Assembly (NCBI GenBank): GCA_951406725.2
Contig: OX597824.1
Span: 45,198,001 to 45,262,000 of the forward strand
Direction of reading: 5' to 3'
Source: Octopus vulgaris
Taxonomy: Eukaryota
Length of the DNA stretch: 64,000 bases
Shown piece after piece: positions 12,601 through 22,570 of this stretch. Every line of letters starts with the position of its first letter. Position 1 is the first letter of the stretch. The position numbers were made by a program, and so were the translations under genes. The notes beneath the pieces are model-generated. The model had not been told where the DNA came from. It saw only the letters and a list, made by a program, of their open reading frames with translations, and searched no databases.

Positions 12601-15600
12601 TAGCATGATAAAAAGCTTTCAAAACATGAAAGATATCTAAAATAAAGCCTGTGTATATATATATTTATTGATACATGGAAGATCGCTTTGTATATCTATG
12701 TTAAAATATTTAACAATTGATCATTTAATAGTATCTAAGTCTAAAATAAAATTTAGACAATTCTAACTTACCAAATAAGAAGTTATAACATCACCACTGC
12801 CAAACTTTTCACCATAATCTTTGAATTTGCAATCTGTTGAAGCTTTACCAGTTCCTCCATATCCATGGGAAAGTGGCACTTCACCTGAGAATTAGAAGTT
12901 AATAATCACCTTATCATTTAGGTTCAATAAATGTAATAGAAAGAGGGGAGAGTGTGATATACTAATTTAACATTTTCTAATAATTTTGAAACACTTAAAA
13001 TCACTTTAGATTTCTGATTTAAACAAGGCATGAAAATACAAAATACTGCTTCAGTCTAGAGTGATTTTAATCTTTTCATTACCATATTTCTGAATCTACA
13101 ACCTCTGCATCAATTAATTTGTGAAATAATTTTGTCATTATTAAGCTGGTGCTTAGAACTTAAATCAGCATGAAACTTTGATGGAAGATTTGAATTTAGC
13201 TAACTTTAAAACAGGATGCTTGTGTCCTAGAACCAGACGTAGTCACAGGCAGGTTAGTAACAAAAGGACTAATAAAAATAACTTCTAGAAAAGATATCAA
13301 CTATTGAATATTCTCACCTAATTGTAAATTTGAGGCATCTGTTGACCAACCAGCTCTAACAACATTTGGGTTTGGTTCTTCTGATGGTAAATGACTGACA
13401 TTGAGCTCTTCTCCAATCTGAAGTAGAAATATTTTCAGCTTTATAGTTTCCCCTTATATTTCAAATTAGCAATCAAATCTATAATTTTTTTCTAATGATT
13501 ATCACAAATAAATAGGACTAACTGCTTTAGTCAAAAAGTCAAATGAGCAGATGCTCATTTGTCTGAGAAATCAAAACAAAAACTGATTCAAGTCAAATTT
13601 AATATCAATAATTCAGAATCTAATACTTATGTCAATTAGAACTTGATGTTGAACACTCACTTTAACTTCAAAAGCAATCTTGCCATTTATAGCACCATAA
13701 CTTGATCGTGCTCCAGCCCACATGAAAGCAAAACCATCTGCAGTGAGGGGGTGTGCCTTAACATTGCTCTCATCAATACGAAGATTCAAGTCAGAATTAT
13801 CTGAATAATGAAAAATTCAGAATGAAGATGAAAATTACTTTAGTACATAGCAAAAGATTTTACAAGATGACGAGTTTTGAATAAAGACAATTTGTGAAGA
13901 AGAAGAAAACTTACATCTGTCCAAAATAACTTCAGTTGACTGAACCCAACTGTCATCTTCCATTTCCACTTTTTTAGCTGTAGGACTTCTCCTGGAAATT
14001 AAATGCATAGCATAAGTAACAATTTGGAATAAATCAGCATGTTTGGTTTAACAATACAGCCACAAGATAGAAGAAAAATATCTAACGTTAGTCACAGTTA
14101 CAATAAAAGGAGCACAAAGAAAACAGTAATATTGTTCATGGACCTAGTTGATTAGTCCCATGTTAGTCTAGTTCAAAGAGGACTTCAGTCAAGTTTTCTT
14201 TTCTAGCAATGCATTCAGGACATTATCCTAAAGACCAAAATGCAATTCAAACAACTGACCAGGGGGTTCATATATAGGCTCTTAAATTAGTAATTATACA
14301 AACTAATTTCATAGGCAATATTGTGATAAATCTGTTTCCATCTTTACTGGATATCCCTACAAATAGTGTTTCAAACCAAATATTTAGTTTGATTCACTTC
14401 TTGCATAGAGTAGATTGAATTTTAAAGCAATTTTCTTCTATTAAAAACCTTGAAAATATTCTGAAATCCATTTTTAATTGGCATTATCCATCATAACTCC
14501 TACATTAAACTCAACTCAGGTGAATGATTAGTCCAATCTAAATATTTTTCTTAATAGTAATACCAATAGAAAGAAAAAATTTCTGAAATCTATTGTAAAA
14601 GCAATCAGACCTTGGTGAATGCCTTCCACGATCACGAGATCGAGATGTTGAACGACGAGAATGATCTCTTGACCTCCTTTCTTTAGAACGGGAACGCTTT
14701 CGTTTTTGGGCTTTCTTCTCTTTTTCATCTGCAAGAAATGAGTGGGCTTTATAAAAATATTCCTACCTATGCAAAATTTTCAAAATGGTAAAATAAAGCT
14801 ATGTAAAAAAAACATCAGTATCAACTGGTTGTAATTAATCAAATTTGCAAACTTAAAATTGTTACTTGGGATACTAACAGAAAATATACTAACTTAACCA
14901 TATCAACAGCAGTTGTACCAATACAATTACAAAGAGGGGAAAAAACATCCAAATTGTCATGAATAGAACAAACTTCTTTTCAGAGAATGCCTGGCATAAA
15001 AAAAAAAAGCTATAAAGAAAATATTGGACGATTCCAGGGCAGTGCTTCAGGATAAATCACTCTAGTTGTTATAGTTCATTGACAGGAAAAAAATTTTCAT
15101 AAGTTTTTATATAAATTCTTACAAAAATGTGAAATCCACCATGAATGCAAATAATCTTTTTCTCTTGCACCAACAAGAATGTGTATCATCCAACAAGAGC
15201 AATTTTGAATTTCATTCAAACAGAACTTTTATTTTACTATTCTAATTATCTTAAATACCTTAAGCACTCCTCAATTTTTCTTAGGACAATGCAATTACAT
15301 AATAAAGTGGATATTTCACACAAATGTTTTATATTACATGCATACGTAGCCAGCGCCGCCTAGACTGGCTTCCGTGTTGGTGGCACCAGAAACAGCTAGT
15401 ATAGATTAACAAACTAACTCTAAAATCCCTTCATCTTTTCCATTATCTCAAATCCCCTCCAGCCAAACATTCTCTTTGACACTGACCTGCTCACAGGGAC
15501 ATACCAAAATGTTCGTTACCTTTCCTAGCACAAATTTCACAATTATTCGCTCACTCACTGTCCATTAATACTGATATTAAGGAACAATATCATTTACTGA

Positions 15601-18600
15601 TTATTGCTATATACTTGTTAAATCTTCCCCTCACACTTGCCCTCCACTGCTTCCATATGGTAACTCTTCTGATCACTGTCTTATTCCTTCACATTAAGCA
15701 GCTTAGCTACCATAAAAAAAAATTGAATTCAGCTCTTGCTATCTCAGTCTCACTGATGTCTGAAAGCAGACTGAGGATACCATGGTGCATTTTGGGCTGT
15801 ACACCACCTGTATGCAAGCACACTTATGTGGTAGTGTTTTGCAACTTGATGCCAGCCTTTCTACTTCGGATAGCATATTGTGAACAAGAACAGGCACAAA
15901 TCTACAACTGTACACATGAGTATGTATCTAATATATATACACACACTAGTTATCACAAAATATGGAAAACTGAGCTATAAATAGTAATTCAAAACAAATG
16001 GTCCACCTACTTTCACATGCTATCCATTTGGTTGTTGCCCAATTAGGATAAGCACCAGACTCCATGATGCAAGCCAGGGCTCCGTTACATTGGTATAGAC
16101 ATGTACATGCTTAATTATTTCAACCAGCATCTTCCAGAATACTAGATTGAATGTTTTACCATTCATAGCATGGTCTACTCTAACACTGCGACTATTCTTT
16201 GGGGGTATCTGAAAGAGTGTTCATACCTCCACTTTCACAGGACTTACAGGGATTAACACAGCAGATAGGTGATGCAACGAACTTAATCAGGCTACACTAT
16301 TATATAGACGTCTGCTGTGGGGAAAACACTCGCATTCAACATTTGTGACAGTCAGTACACTTAGAATTAAGCTTTTGTGTTACATTTGTATTTTTGCAAT
16401 ACATTCATTACAACACGTTTTCTTTTGTACCATTCATTTTGAATTACCTTGTAATTTTAAGGAAGAAAGATTGAAAAACTGAATGTGAAAAATAAAACAC
16501 CATCTTGTTTATAAATAGTATATTTGACTCAAAGGTAGATTTTATTTTTATTTTGCAGAATTGCATCATTGTTTAAAAACAATTCAGAAAAATATTTCAA
16601 AGAGAAAAACAAAAAACAAAAAGAGACAATGGAAATGTTATGGTTTGTTGCATACTCCAAAATTAAGTGGGAAGGGTGATATAATTCTAAGTTTTGGAGT
16701 TTTCTTTTTCTGTTCAATCTCCAGTGGTTAAAATAGCTATGTGTCAAGTGAGGTATATCAATTCTTACAAAATGTAGTAATAGAAAGCAGACTAACTTTT
16801 CGAAAATGTTTATCAATTATAAGATGAACATTTTGAATAATGTACAATGTCGTCTTCATACTTACAAAGAGAAAACAAAACTATTAAAAAATTTGTTAAT
16901 GGACATAAGCAACTAATATTGAAAATGTTCGCTTTTATGACAAGAAAGGTATTCATTTTTAGCAAATTTACTGTGTATGTTCATTTCTTTAATTCTCCAC
17001 CTGCTTTTTATTGAAACTTTAAATATACTTAAATTTTTTCTTCAAATTTTTACACTTAACCCTTTAGCATTTAAACTGACGAGATCTGGCCTGACAACAA
17101 CCCTACACTATCATTCCATAAATTAAGTTACCCCATAAAAATCTCAAATCTACAATGCACGATTAATCAAAACCAATGTAAATGAATAAGTATTACTTTT
17201 GACAGAATGTGAATGCTAAAAGGTTCAACATTTTATATGCTTCTTATTGCTGGCAGGGATTATCACAGTTTTTGCTCTTAAAAAGTGGTGCTGGTGCTTG
17301 TACAAGTCATTTGACTTGGTTTGTATAGCTGGATATACTCTTCCTTTAACCCTTTCGTTACCAAACCGCCCAAAGCCACCCGAATTTACCTATTCATATT
17401 TAAATGAGAATATCAGAGCAAATCTCTTTAGTACATTCGTGAAAACACCTATTATACTTCGTAAACAGTTCAACTACAGTTTTGTACAATAATCGAAGTG
17501 TAATTTTAATTCCGTGAATTTTGGGAGATTTTTTTCCGAAATTTGTTCTTATTGTGTTTTCAAAATTTGTAATTCTGACAAAAAATGGATACGAATTTCA
17601 TTATATCAAGCAGCGAGTCAGAATTCGAAGGATTTTCTACTGAAGACCTTCATAAATCTAACTATGACTAAAAAAAAAAAAGCATGTGGTATTTGATAAT
17701 GAATCTGATGTTTCATTTTCCGAAAGTGAAAAATGTGAATCCGAGAGCTCCGACAGCGATAAAGAAAATGAATTGGCACCTGAATGGAGTGAAAATTTAA
17801 AAACTGTTTCTTTCGGTGATTTTTCTGAAGAAACTGGACCAAGCCACAGACTTTCCCAGGAGAGTAAAGCCTTAGGCTATTTCTATTTACTTTTTCGATT
17901 GAGCCTATTTGAAATCATTACGGCGGAAACGAACCGTTACGCTAAACGTAAACAAAGCGAAAGAAACGATAGTTTGTGGTTTCCCACAACCTTAAATGTA
18001 ATTAAGACTATTTTGCCATAAATATTATTATGGGTATCAGAAAGTTACCCAGAATAACAAAATCTATCGTAAAATTTTGTTGTATACCCAATTTAATATT
18101 AGCTAATAACCCATTTTCTATAGCGATGTTTGAACAAAATTTTAATAATTTTATATTTTGTTGAATTTACCTGTATCTACCTGCAATTAGAGTCACTTTG
18201 TGACAAAAATTATAGTATAGAATTGGTTGAGAATATTTCATTAAATTATCTTCCAAAAATCAGATTAATATATCGATAAATAAAAAAGTTATAGTTGTTT
18301 AATGAAACCAGACTAAATTTATGATTACGTTAGAAATTAATTGAAACACATAAGGGGTGTAATTTGGTCAGAAATATAGTAACGAAAGGGTTAAACAACC
18401 CCACATTACTGAGTATTTTCTTTTGATAAGAGAAAGAATTAACCCTATAACTATGTAATTGAATTTCATGGTCATTCCATTAATGACATCAACCACAAAA
18501 TCTAGAAGTATTTTCAAATCATGTTGTCTCAAACTTATATCTCAAAAGTTTTAAACATGACATTACTCAACAACTGGCATGTAAAAGTGCTTTCCACAGG

Positions 18601-21600
18601 AAAGAGTCATAAAATTATATTAGATGTCTTCAGCAATAAAAGGGATTAAAGAGGGCCTCACAACCGTACACTTAAATTATCAATCACATTATAACGTAGC
18701 ACTAGAAGGTGCTAAGTTCCATCGTGACAAAAATTTCATATTTGGTGCATAGCACCATGTCATATCGATTAACAAAAGCATTCCAACTGACCATACTAGG
18801 TTACATTATCCAAGGTTCTTTCTAAAAACAGTGTGTGCTTTGAGAGTTGTCAATTCTAGCCACTTAAACAGCCTGTCCTCCGAGGTTTCAACTGTCTTTC
18901 TTAAATTTAAGATTGAGTAACCTTACCTTTAGCCTGATCTCGTTGTCCATCATCTTGAGAAGTTTCATCGATAGTTTGAAATTCTTCTCCTTCTGGCATC
19001 TCATCGCAATTTTGTTCTTCCTCCTCCTCTTCCTCTCCTTCACCAACATCATTATCGCCATCCTTCACAAATACACAAAGAAAACATACTCCTTATATGA
19101 AAAACTGTTACAAAAACATCAAAATGATTAAATGCTTATTTAGAACAAAACCGTAGAAATCATTGTAAATGTAAAACTGTACCTCGTTGCCATCAACCTC
19201 AAGGGCAGACTCATCCATGTTGCCACCATCTAAATCTTGAGAAGATTCGTCCGGTGCTTCTTCTTCAAGTAGAGCGTCATCTCCAAGAGAATCGTCATCT
19301 GCCACTGGAAAAATATTGAAAATTAAGATAATATTCATTCGTTTGAAGTCGGTGGAAAAAACAATGGATTCAATGATGGCGACAAAACAAAAACGGTTTT
19401 AACTAATCCGAAACTATATTTCGATCAATTAAATTACAGGAAGATAGTCATTTAAGTAGACTTTAACAGCGACAGAATCTTTAGTAGATCCATCAATGGT
19501 TCCCTATTTCCCCGAAATCCCAGAACTCATACTCAAATTCTATTAATAACCTGTCATCATAATTTCAAAAATTTCATTTTCTAATTCTAAAAATGTGAAC
19601 GGATACTACACATAAAATCGTTGTATCCCAAGGTAAATATCTTTTATATATCTCTTAAAGAACACCTAGCAGAAACCAAAATTTTTTTCACCAATCACTT
19701 AGCCTAACAGCAAACTAAACTTATTTTCAACTCGTAAAGACCGGAAAATGAAAATCAATTTCACCAATTCTAGCTATTCCTGCTCCGAATAATGAAAATT
19801 GTCATCAACAAAGCAAGTCGCTCCCTCAAATATCAAAGCGCACCGTCACGCAGACAGACGACGAGCCTCTCTAAATTATTCTTAAACACGAAAGTCATGA
19901 CTAACTATCGACCCAAGAAGAATGAAGTTACCAAACCGAAGTTAACATTCAGATCCAGAAAATTAAAGACAACTATTCACTAACAGAAAAGTTATAGCAA
20001 CAAGATATCTACGGAGAAGGATTAGAATACATGAAAGATTCGTCTTAATGATGGTTTATAAGAAAAAAACACCGAATATAAGCACAAGGCATTTATAAAT
20101 TAATTTCGTAAGACTGCGTGATGTGCGTGCATTTGCAATCACAAATGAAGAATGAAACAAAACGAGGTTTTCTGCTGTAAGATGCTCTAACTTTTAGAAT
20201 CAAAGGTGCTCAAGATTTCATGACCCACTGAAATGTATCTTTAAAGGCTGCTTGCTAGACTGTTTGGTAACCCTGTTTAATTTTTAGGGAAGAAGGACAC
20301 AAAGCAACTTTGGTTGCCAAACCGAGCCGCCGCAATCACTGACCTCAACCCCCCCCTACTGATTTACATAAAACCTGCCGCCATCAACTAACACGTCTTC
20401 TAAAAATCTAGTTCATTCAATTAAGTAGCATGTTTTGTGAAATATTTTCCTTTTCCAAATTAACATACTGCCAAAGCTTTATATTTTGGTATTATCAATT
20501 AAAATATTATTACATAATGACTTGCTTTTATAGATTTTTCTATGATCATGAAAACATCTTTTGTTCTTGTAAAACACACAAATGGATATGAAAAATTGCC
20601 ACAAATAATGCCTTTGGTGTCTTTTAATTGAATCAATCTAAATTCCTGTATTTTTTTACAGTTCAAACTCAAAAATATCATCTTATCGACAAAGATTGTC
20701 AGCTAACATGAAAACTTAAATTTCGAAAAAAAAAAACTGTTTTATTTCCATAGAAAAACAAAACGCTTATTAAAAAAATTATCTAAATTTGAAAAACAAA
20801 CAAAAAACAGATTGATGTAAAGAGGATAATAGTAAAATCTGAAGAGACATAAAAATGCAGAAAAGACAACGTAAAAACAAGATGGATACCGTTGAAGCTC
20901 AATATTGAAGAAATAGCCAGCAATATAATACAATGGAGGGAGAAACAGAGAAAGAATGGTTACCTCTAATCTTTGTCTTCTTCATTTGAATAGTAGTTGA
21001 AATGATTTCTCAAAAAGGAATCAAAAACCCAAGTTAGTAAATCGCTTCCTCAAAATATTTAGAGAACAAGATTCTGCCTGCGACTGTTTAAACTAAGAGG
21101 CATTTAAACCTAAAAATGCCCGACGTGCAGTCGTTAGCGGTGGAGAGATGAGACTAGAGAGAAAGGGTACGCCTCCCCTTCCTCCTCCTCCCTTAACTAC
21201 ATTAGAGGTGGAAGACATCAGGAGGAGAATTGCAAACGAGCGTTGGTAGGAGGTATATTAATAAGCGAGGAGGAGAATGTAAAGAGAACGTCCTCTAAGT
21301 GGGAGCGGCGGCGGCAGTTGCAGCAACAGTGGCGGTATCAAGCGGGTGACCTAGTTTTGATGGAGCCGCAATGATGATGGTGTTTGTTCACATTCGCATC
21401 CGTAAAGGCAGAACAGTAGTTGCCTTTGTCTTCATGCACACAATTAATTCGTGGTTATTTAATGCGAACGAAAATGTTACTTGAAATTATTTTAACGTTA
21501 TAATAAAATATTAAAATTCCATTTTTTCCCCTTCCGTCAAGAAGTCGTCAGCGAGGGGGTCGAAAAAATGGCCGACGCAAAAAAAATTTCCAATTAGTGC

Positions 21601-22316
21601 AGGGTGAGGGGGGTTGTAAAATGAAAGTAGTAGGTTCTGAGATCTTTACTGTAATAGAACTTGAAATATAACCAGTGAAATTATACAATGCTAAATGAAA
21701 AATCACATTCAAAATTAAGAGAAATTTTAATTTTTCAAAGAGGAAATCATTAGGTCTCAAGATTGTATATTTCAAGAAAATGAAAGTAATGCTAAGAAAA
21801 TTTCATACAATTTATATTAAAAGGAATAAAATGAAGCTTTATAAATGAAAACCGTTGAAGCAATCAACTAGTGAAGCTAACTATATCGATACACGATCGA
21901 AATGCCGTAGTTTATAATAGAAAATATATTTTTTTATTCAGATCACAATCAATTTATTAGCTCGGTAACAACATTTAGCAAACATGTAATCAAGATTCCG
22001 TAACTTATAATGCAGCATGGGAGGAAACGGCAAAGGAAAACAAGGAGAGCCATTTTCAATAAAAGGTGACATGAATATACCGGACAACGGCTGAAGATTT
22101 TTTCTTTAAATAGAAACTAGGTTTTAAAATGTAAATAACAATCAATAATTTGAACAGAAAGAAATCAAACTTACCAGTAATACCTTGTTCTTTATTGAAA
22201 GCTTGCTGTAACCGTTTAACTAAAACTGCCTTCGTACCTTTAGTATCCAGGCCACGAGTTTTGAGTTCCTCGCGCAATTCGGCGACTTTCAGCTTATTTG
22301 GATCAATATCACTCAT
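561..22316 (-). CDS. HNRNPUL1: Heterogeneous nuclear ribonucleoprotein U-like protein (hnRNPU/hnRNPUL1 family), 19 coding exons, 2454 nt, 817 aa
   Basis: Exons 22175-22316, 19183-19304, 18927-19062, 14611-14728, 13915-13991, 13661-13800, 13318-13417, 12772-12884, 12412-12567, 10491-10598, 10108-10230, 6213-6341, 3918-4086, 3331-3486, 2781-2957, 2566-2654, 1880-2077, 1636-1775 and 561-621 join via GT-AG sites into one open frame. Domains: SAP ([28 protein letters not shown]), SPRY ([14 protein letters not shown]), Walker A GLPGAGKT, Walker B-like NYILDQTNVY, RGG tail. Invertebrate genes of this family are not cleanly U versus UL1, so the symbol is approximate. Confidence 0.93.
1636..1775 (-). 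CDS. HNRNPUL1: exon 18 (prion-like G/S/Q/Y); ends at TAG 1611-1613 if the donor is not used
   Basis: ttttgcag|[15 protein letters not shown]...QYGGQW; donor TG|gtacgg (phase 2). Confidence 0.85.
1880..2077 (-). CDS. HNRNPUL1: exon 17 (Gly/Ser/Tyr low complexity)
   Basis: [32 protein letters not shown]...SGGYGN; gtaagt donor. Confidence 0.9.
2566..2654 (-). CDS. HNRNPUL1: exon 16
   Basis: [30 protein letters not shown]; gtatgt donor. Confidence 0.88.
2781..2957 (-). CDS. HNRNPUL1: exon 15 (RGG)
   Basis: [30 protein letters not shown]...GGGGR; gtatgt donor. Confidence 0.9.
3331..3486 (-). CDS. HNRNPUL1: exon 14
   Basis: [36 protein letters not shown]...RFRGDRF; gtaagt donor. Confidence 0.93.
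3918..4086 (-). CDS. HNRNPUL1: exon 13
   Basis: [31 protein letters not shown]...AVLEMK; G|gtaggg donor. Confidence 0.94.
6213..6341 (-). CDS. HNRNPUL1: exon 12
   Basis: [43 protein letters not shown]; CAG|gtattg donor. Confidence 0.94.
7988..9221 (+). mobile_element. Non-autonomous piggyBac derivative in intron 11
   Basis: TTAA at 7984-7987 and 9222-9225; degenerate TIRs (ctcttttggtac / gttctgaaaggg); decayed transposase text [35 protein letters not shown]...[11 protein letters not shown] at ~8600-8800; right end shared with the 17350-18390 element. Confidence 0.85.
10108..10230 (-). CDS. HNRNPUL1: exon 11 (Walker A)
   Basis: [41 protein letters not shown]; AAG|gtgggt donor. Confidence 0.94.
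10491..10598 (-). CDS. HNRNPUL1: exon 10
   Basis: [36 protein letters not shown]; gtatgt donor. Confidence 0.92.
11334..11568. mobile_element. hAT (Charlie-like) MITE
   Basis: TIRs caagtctgtccaact / ggttggccagccctg (11/15 match); flanked on both sides by tttagac, resembling the NTCTAGAN target. Confidence 0.55.
12412..12567 (-). CDS. HNRNPUL1: exon 9 (SPRY)
   Basis: [22 protein letters not shown]...[19 protein letters not shown]; gtaagt donor. Confidence 0.93.
12772..12884 (-). CDS. HNRNPUL1: exon 8 (SPRY)
   Basis: [38 protein letters not shown]; gtaagt donor. Confidence 0.93.
13071..13268 (-). mobile_element. Short piggyBac-type MITE, degenerate
   Basis: Left end ttaa-tcttttcattaccatatttctg is the reverse complement of the right end of the two piggyBac elements; right end gtaacaaaagg. 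Confidence 0.5.
13318..13417 (-). CDS. HNRNPUL1: exon 7 (SPRY)
   Basis: [33 protein letters not shown]; gtgaga donor. Confidence 0.93.
13661..13800 (-). CDS. HNRNPUL1: exon 6 (SPRY)
   Basis: [47 protein letters not shown]; gtgagt donor. Confidence 0.93.
13915..13991 (-). CDS. HNRNPUL1: exon 5
   Basis: [25 protein letters not shown]; gtaagt donor. Confidence 0.9.
14611..14728 (-). CDS. HNRNPUL1: exon 4 (RS-rich)
   Basis: [40 protein letters not shown]; cttgcag| acceptor, AG|gtctga donor; phases fit neighbours. Confidence 0.88.
17060..17223. mobile_element. TTAA-flanked MITE (piggyBac-like)
   Basis: TTAA-CCCTTTAGCATT ... AATGCTAAAAGG-ttca. Confidence 0.65.
17350..18390 (+). mobile_element. 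Non-autonomous piggyBac element in intron 3 with N-terminal transposase remnant
   Basis: Perfect TTAA TSD (17346-17349, 18391-18394); perfect 12-bp TIR CCCTTTCGTTAC; ORF 17686-18021 has an acidic N-terminus then [20 protein letters not shown]...WFPTT, typical of PGBD4-like transposases. Confidence 0.92.
18927..19062 (-). CDS. HNRNPUL1: exon 3 (acidic)
   Basis: [21 protein letters not shown]...DQAK; donor G|gtaagg; AAG acceptor. Confidence 0.85.
19183..19304 (-). CDS. HNRNPUL1: exon 2 (acidic)
   Basis: Acceptor tttttccag|; [16 protein letters not shown]...VDGNE; donor GAG|gtacag. Confidence 0.9.
22175..22316 (-). CDS. HNRNPUL1: hnRNPUL1-like exon 1 (SAP domain)
   Basis: [47 protein letters not shown]; donor G|gtaagt, phase 1. 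Confidence 0.95.
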
Positions 22317-22399
22317 AATTGGTTCAAAGTTCTCCAGGTTGGAAATAGAGATGTATCCAAAAACAAGAGATTTTTTTTGTTAGGGAAGGGAAATTCAAC

Positions 22400-22570
22400 C
22401 AAATAATTGGCTGAATTTAAAATTTTTGAATCACGTTCGCAATCTGCCTTGAAGCTTCTACGCAAATGGCGGGCGAGAAATTTGAACATGCGCAGATATA
22501 TATTACGGCAAAGGGTTACATTAAAAAATTAAGTCCGCCTGGAACGTCACTTGATTTGGTGGAAGCCTTA
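22400..22570 (-). promoter_or_regulatory. Putative TATA-less core promoter of the hnRNPUL1-like gene
   Basis: Locally CpG-rich, 80-250 bp upstream of the ATG; YY1-like CAAATGGCGG (~22463), NRF1-like CATGCGCA (~22487), CRE-half CGTCAC (~22544). Motif calls only. Confidence 0.5.

Noticed and set aside
21365-21445. Possible C/D snoRNA (atgatga)
   Set aside because: The C-box-like motif is antisense to the host intron and has no matching D box or terminal stem.
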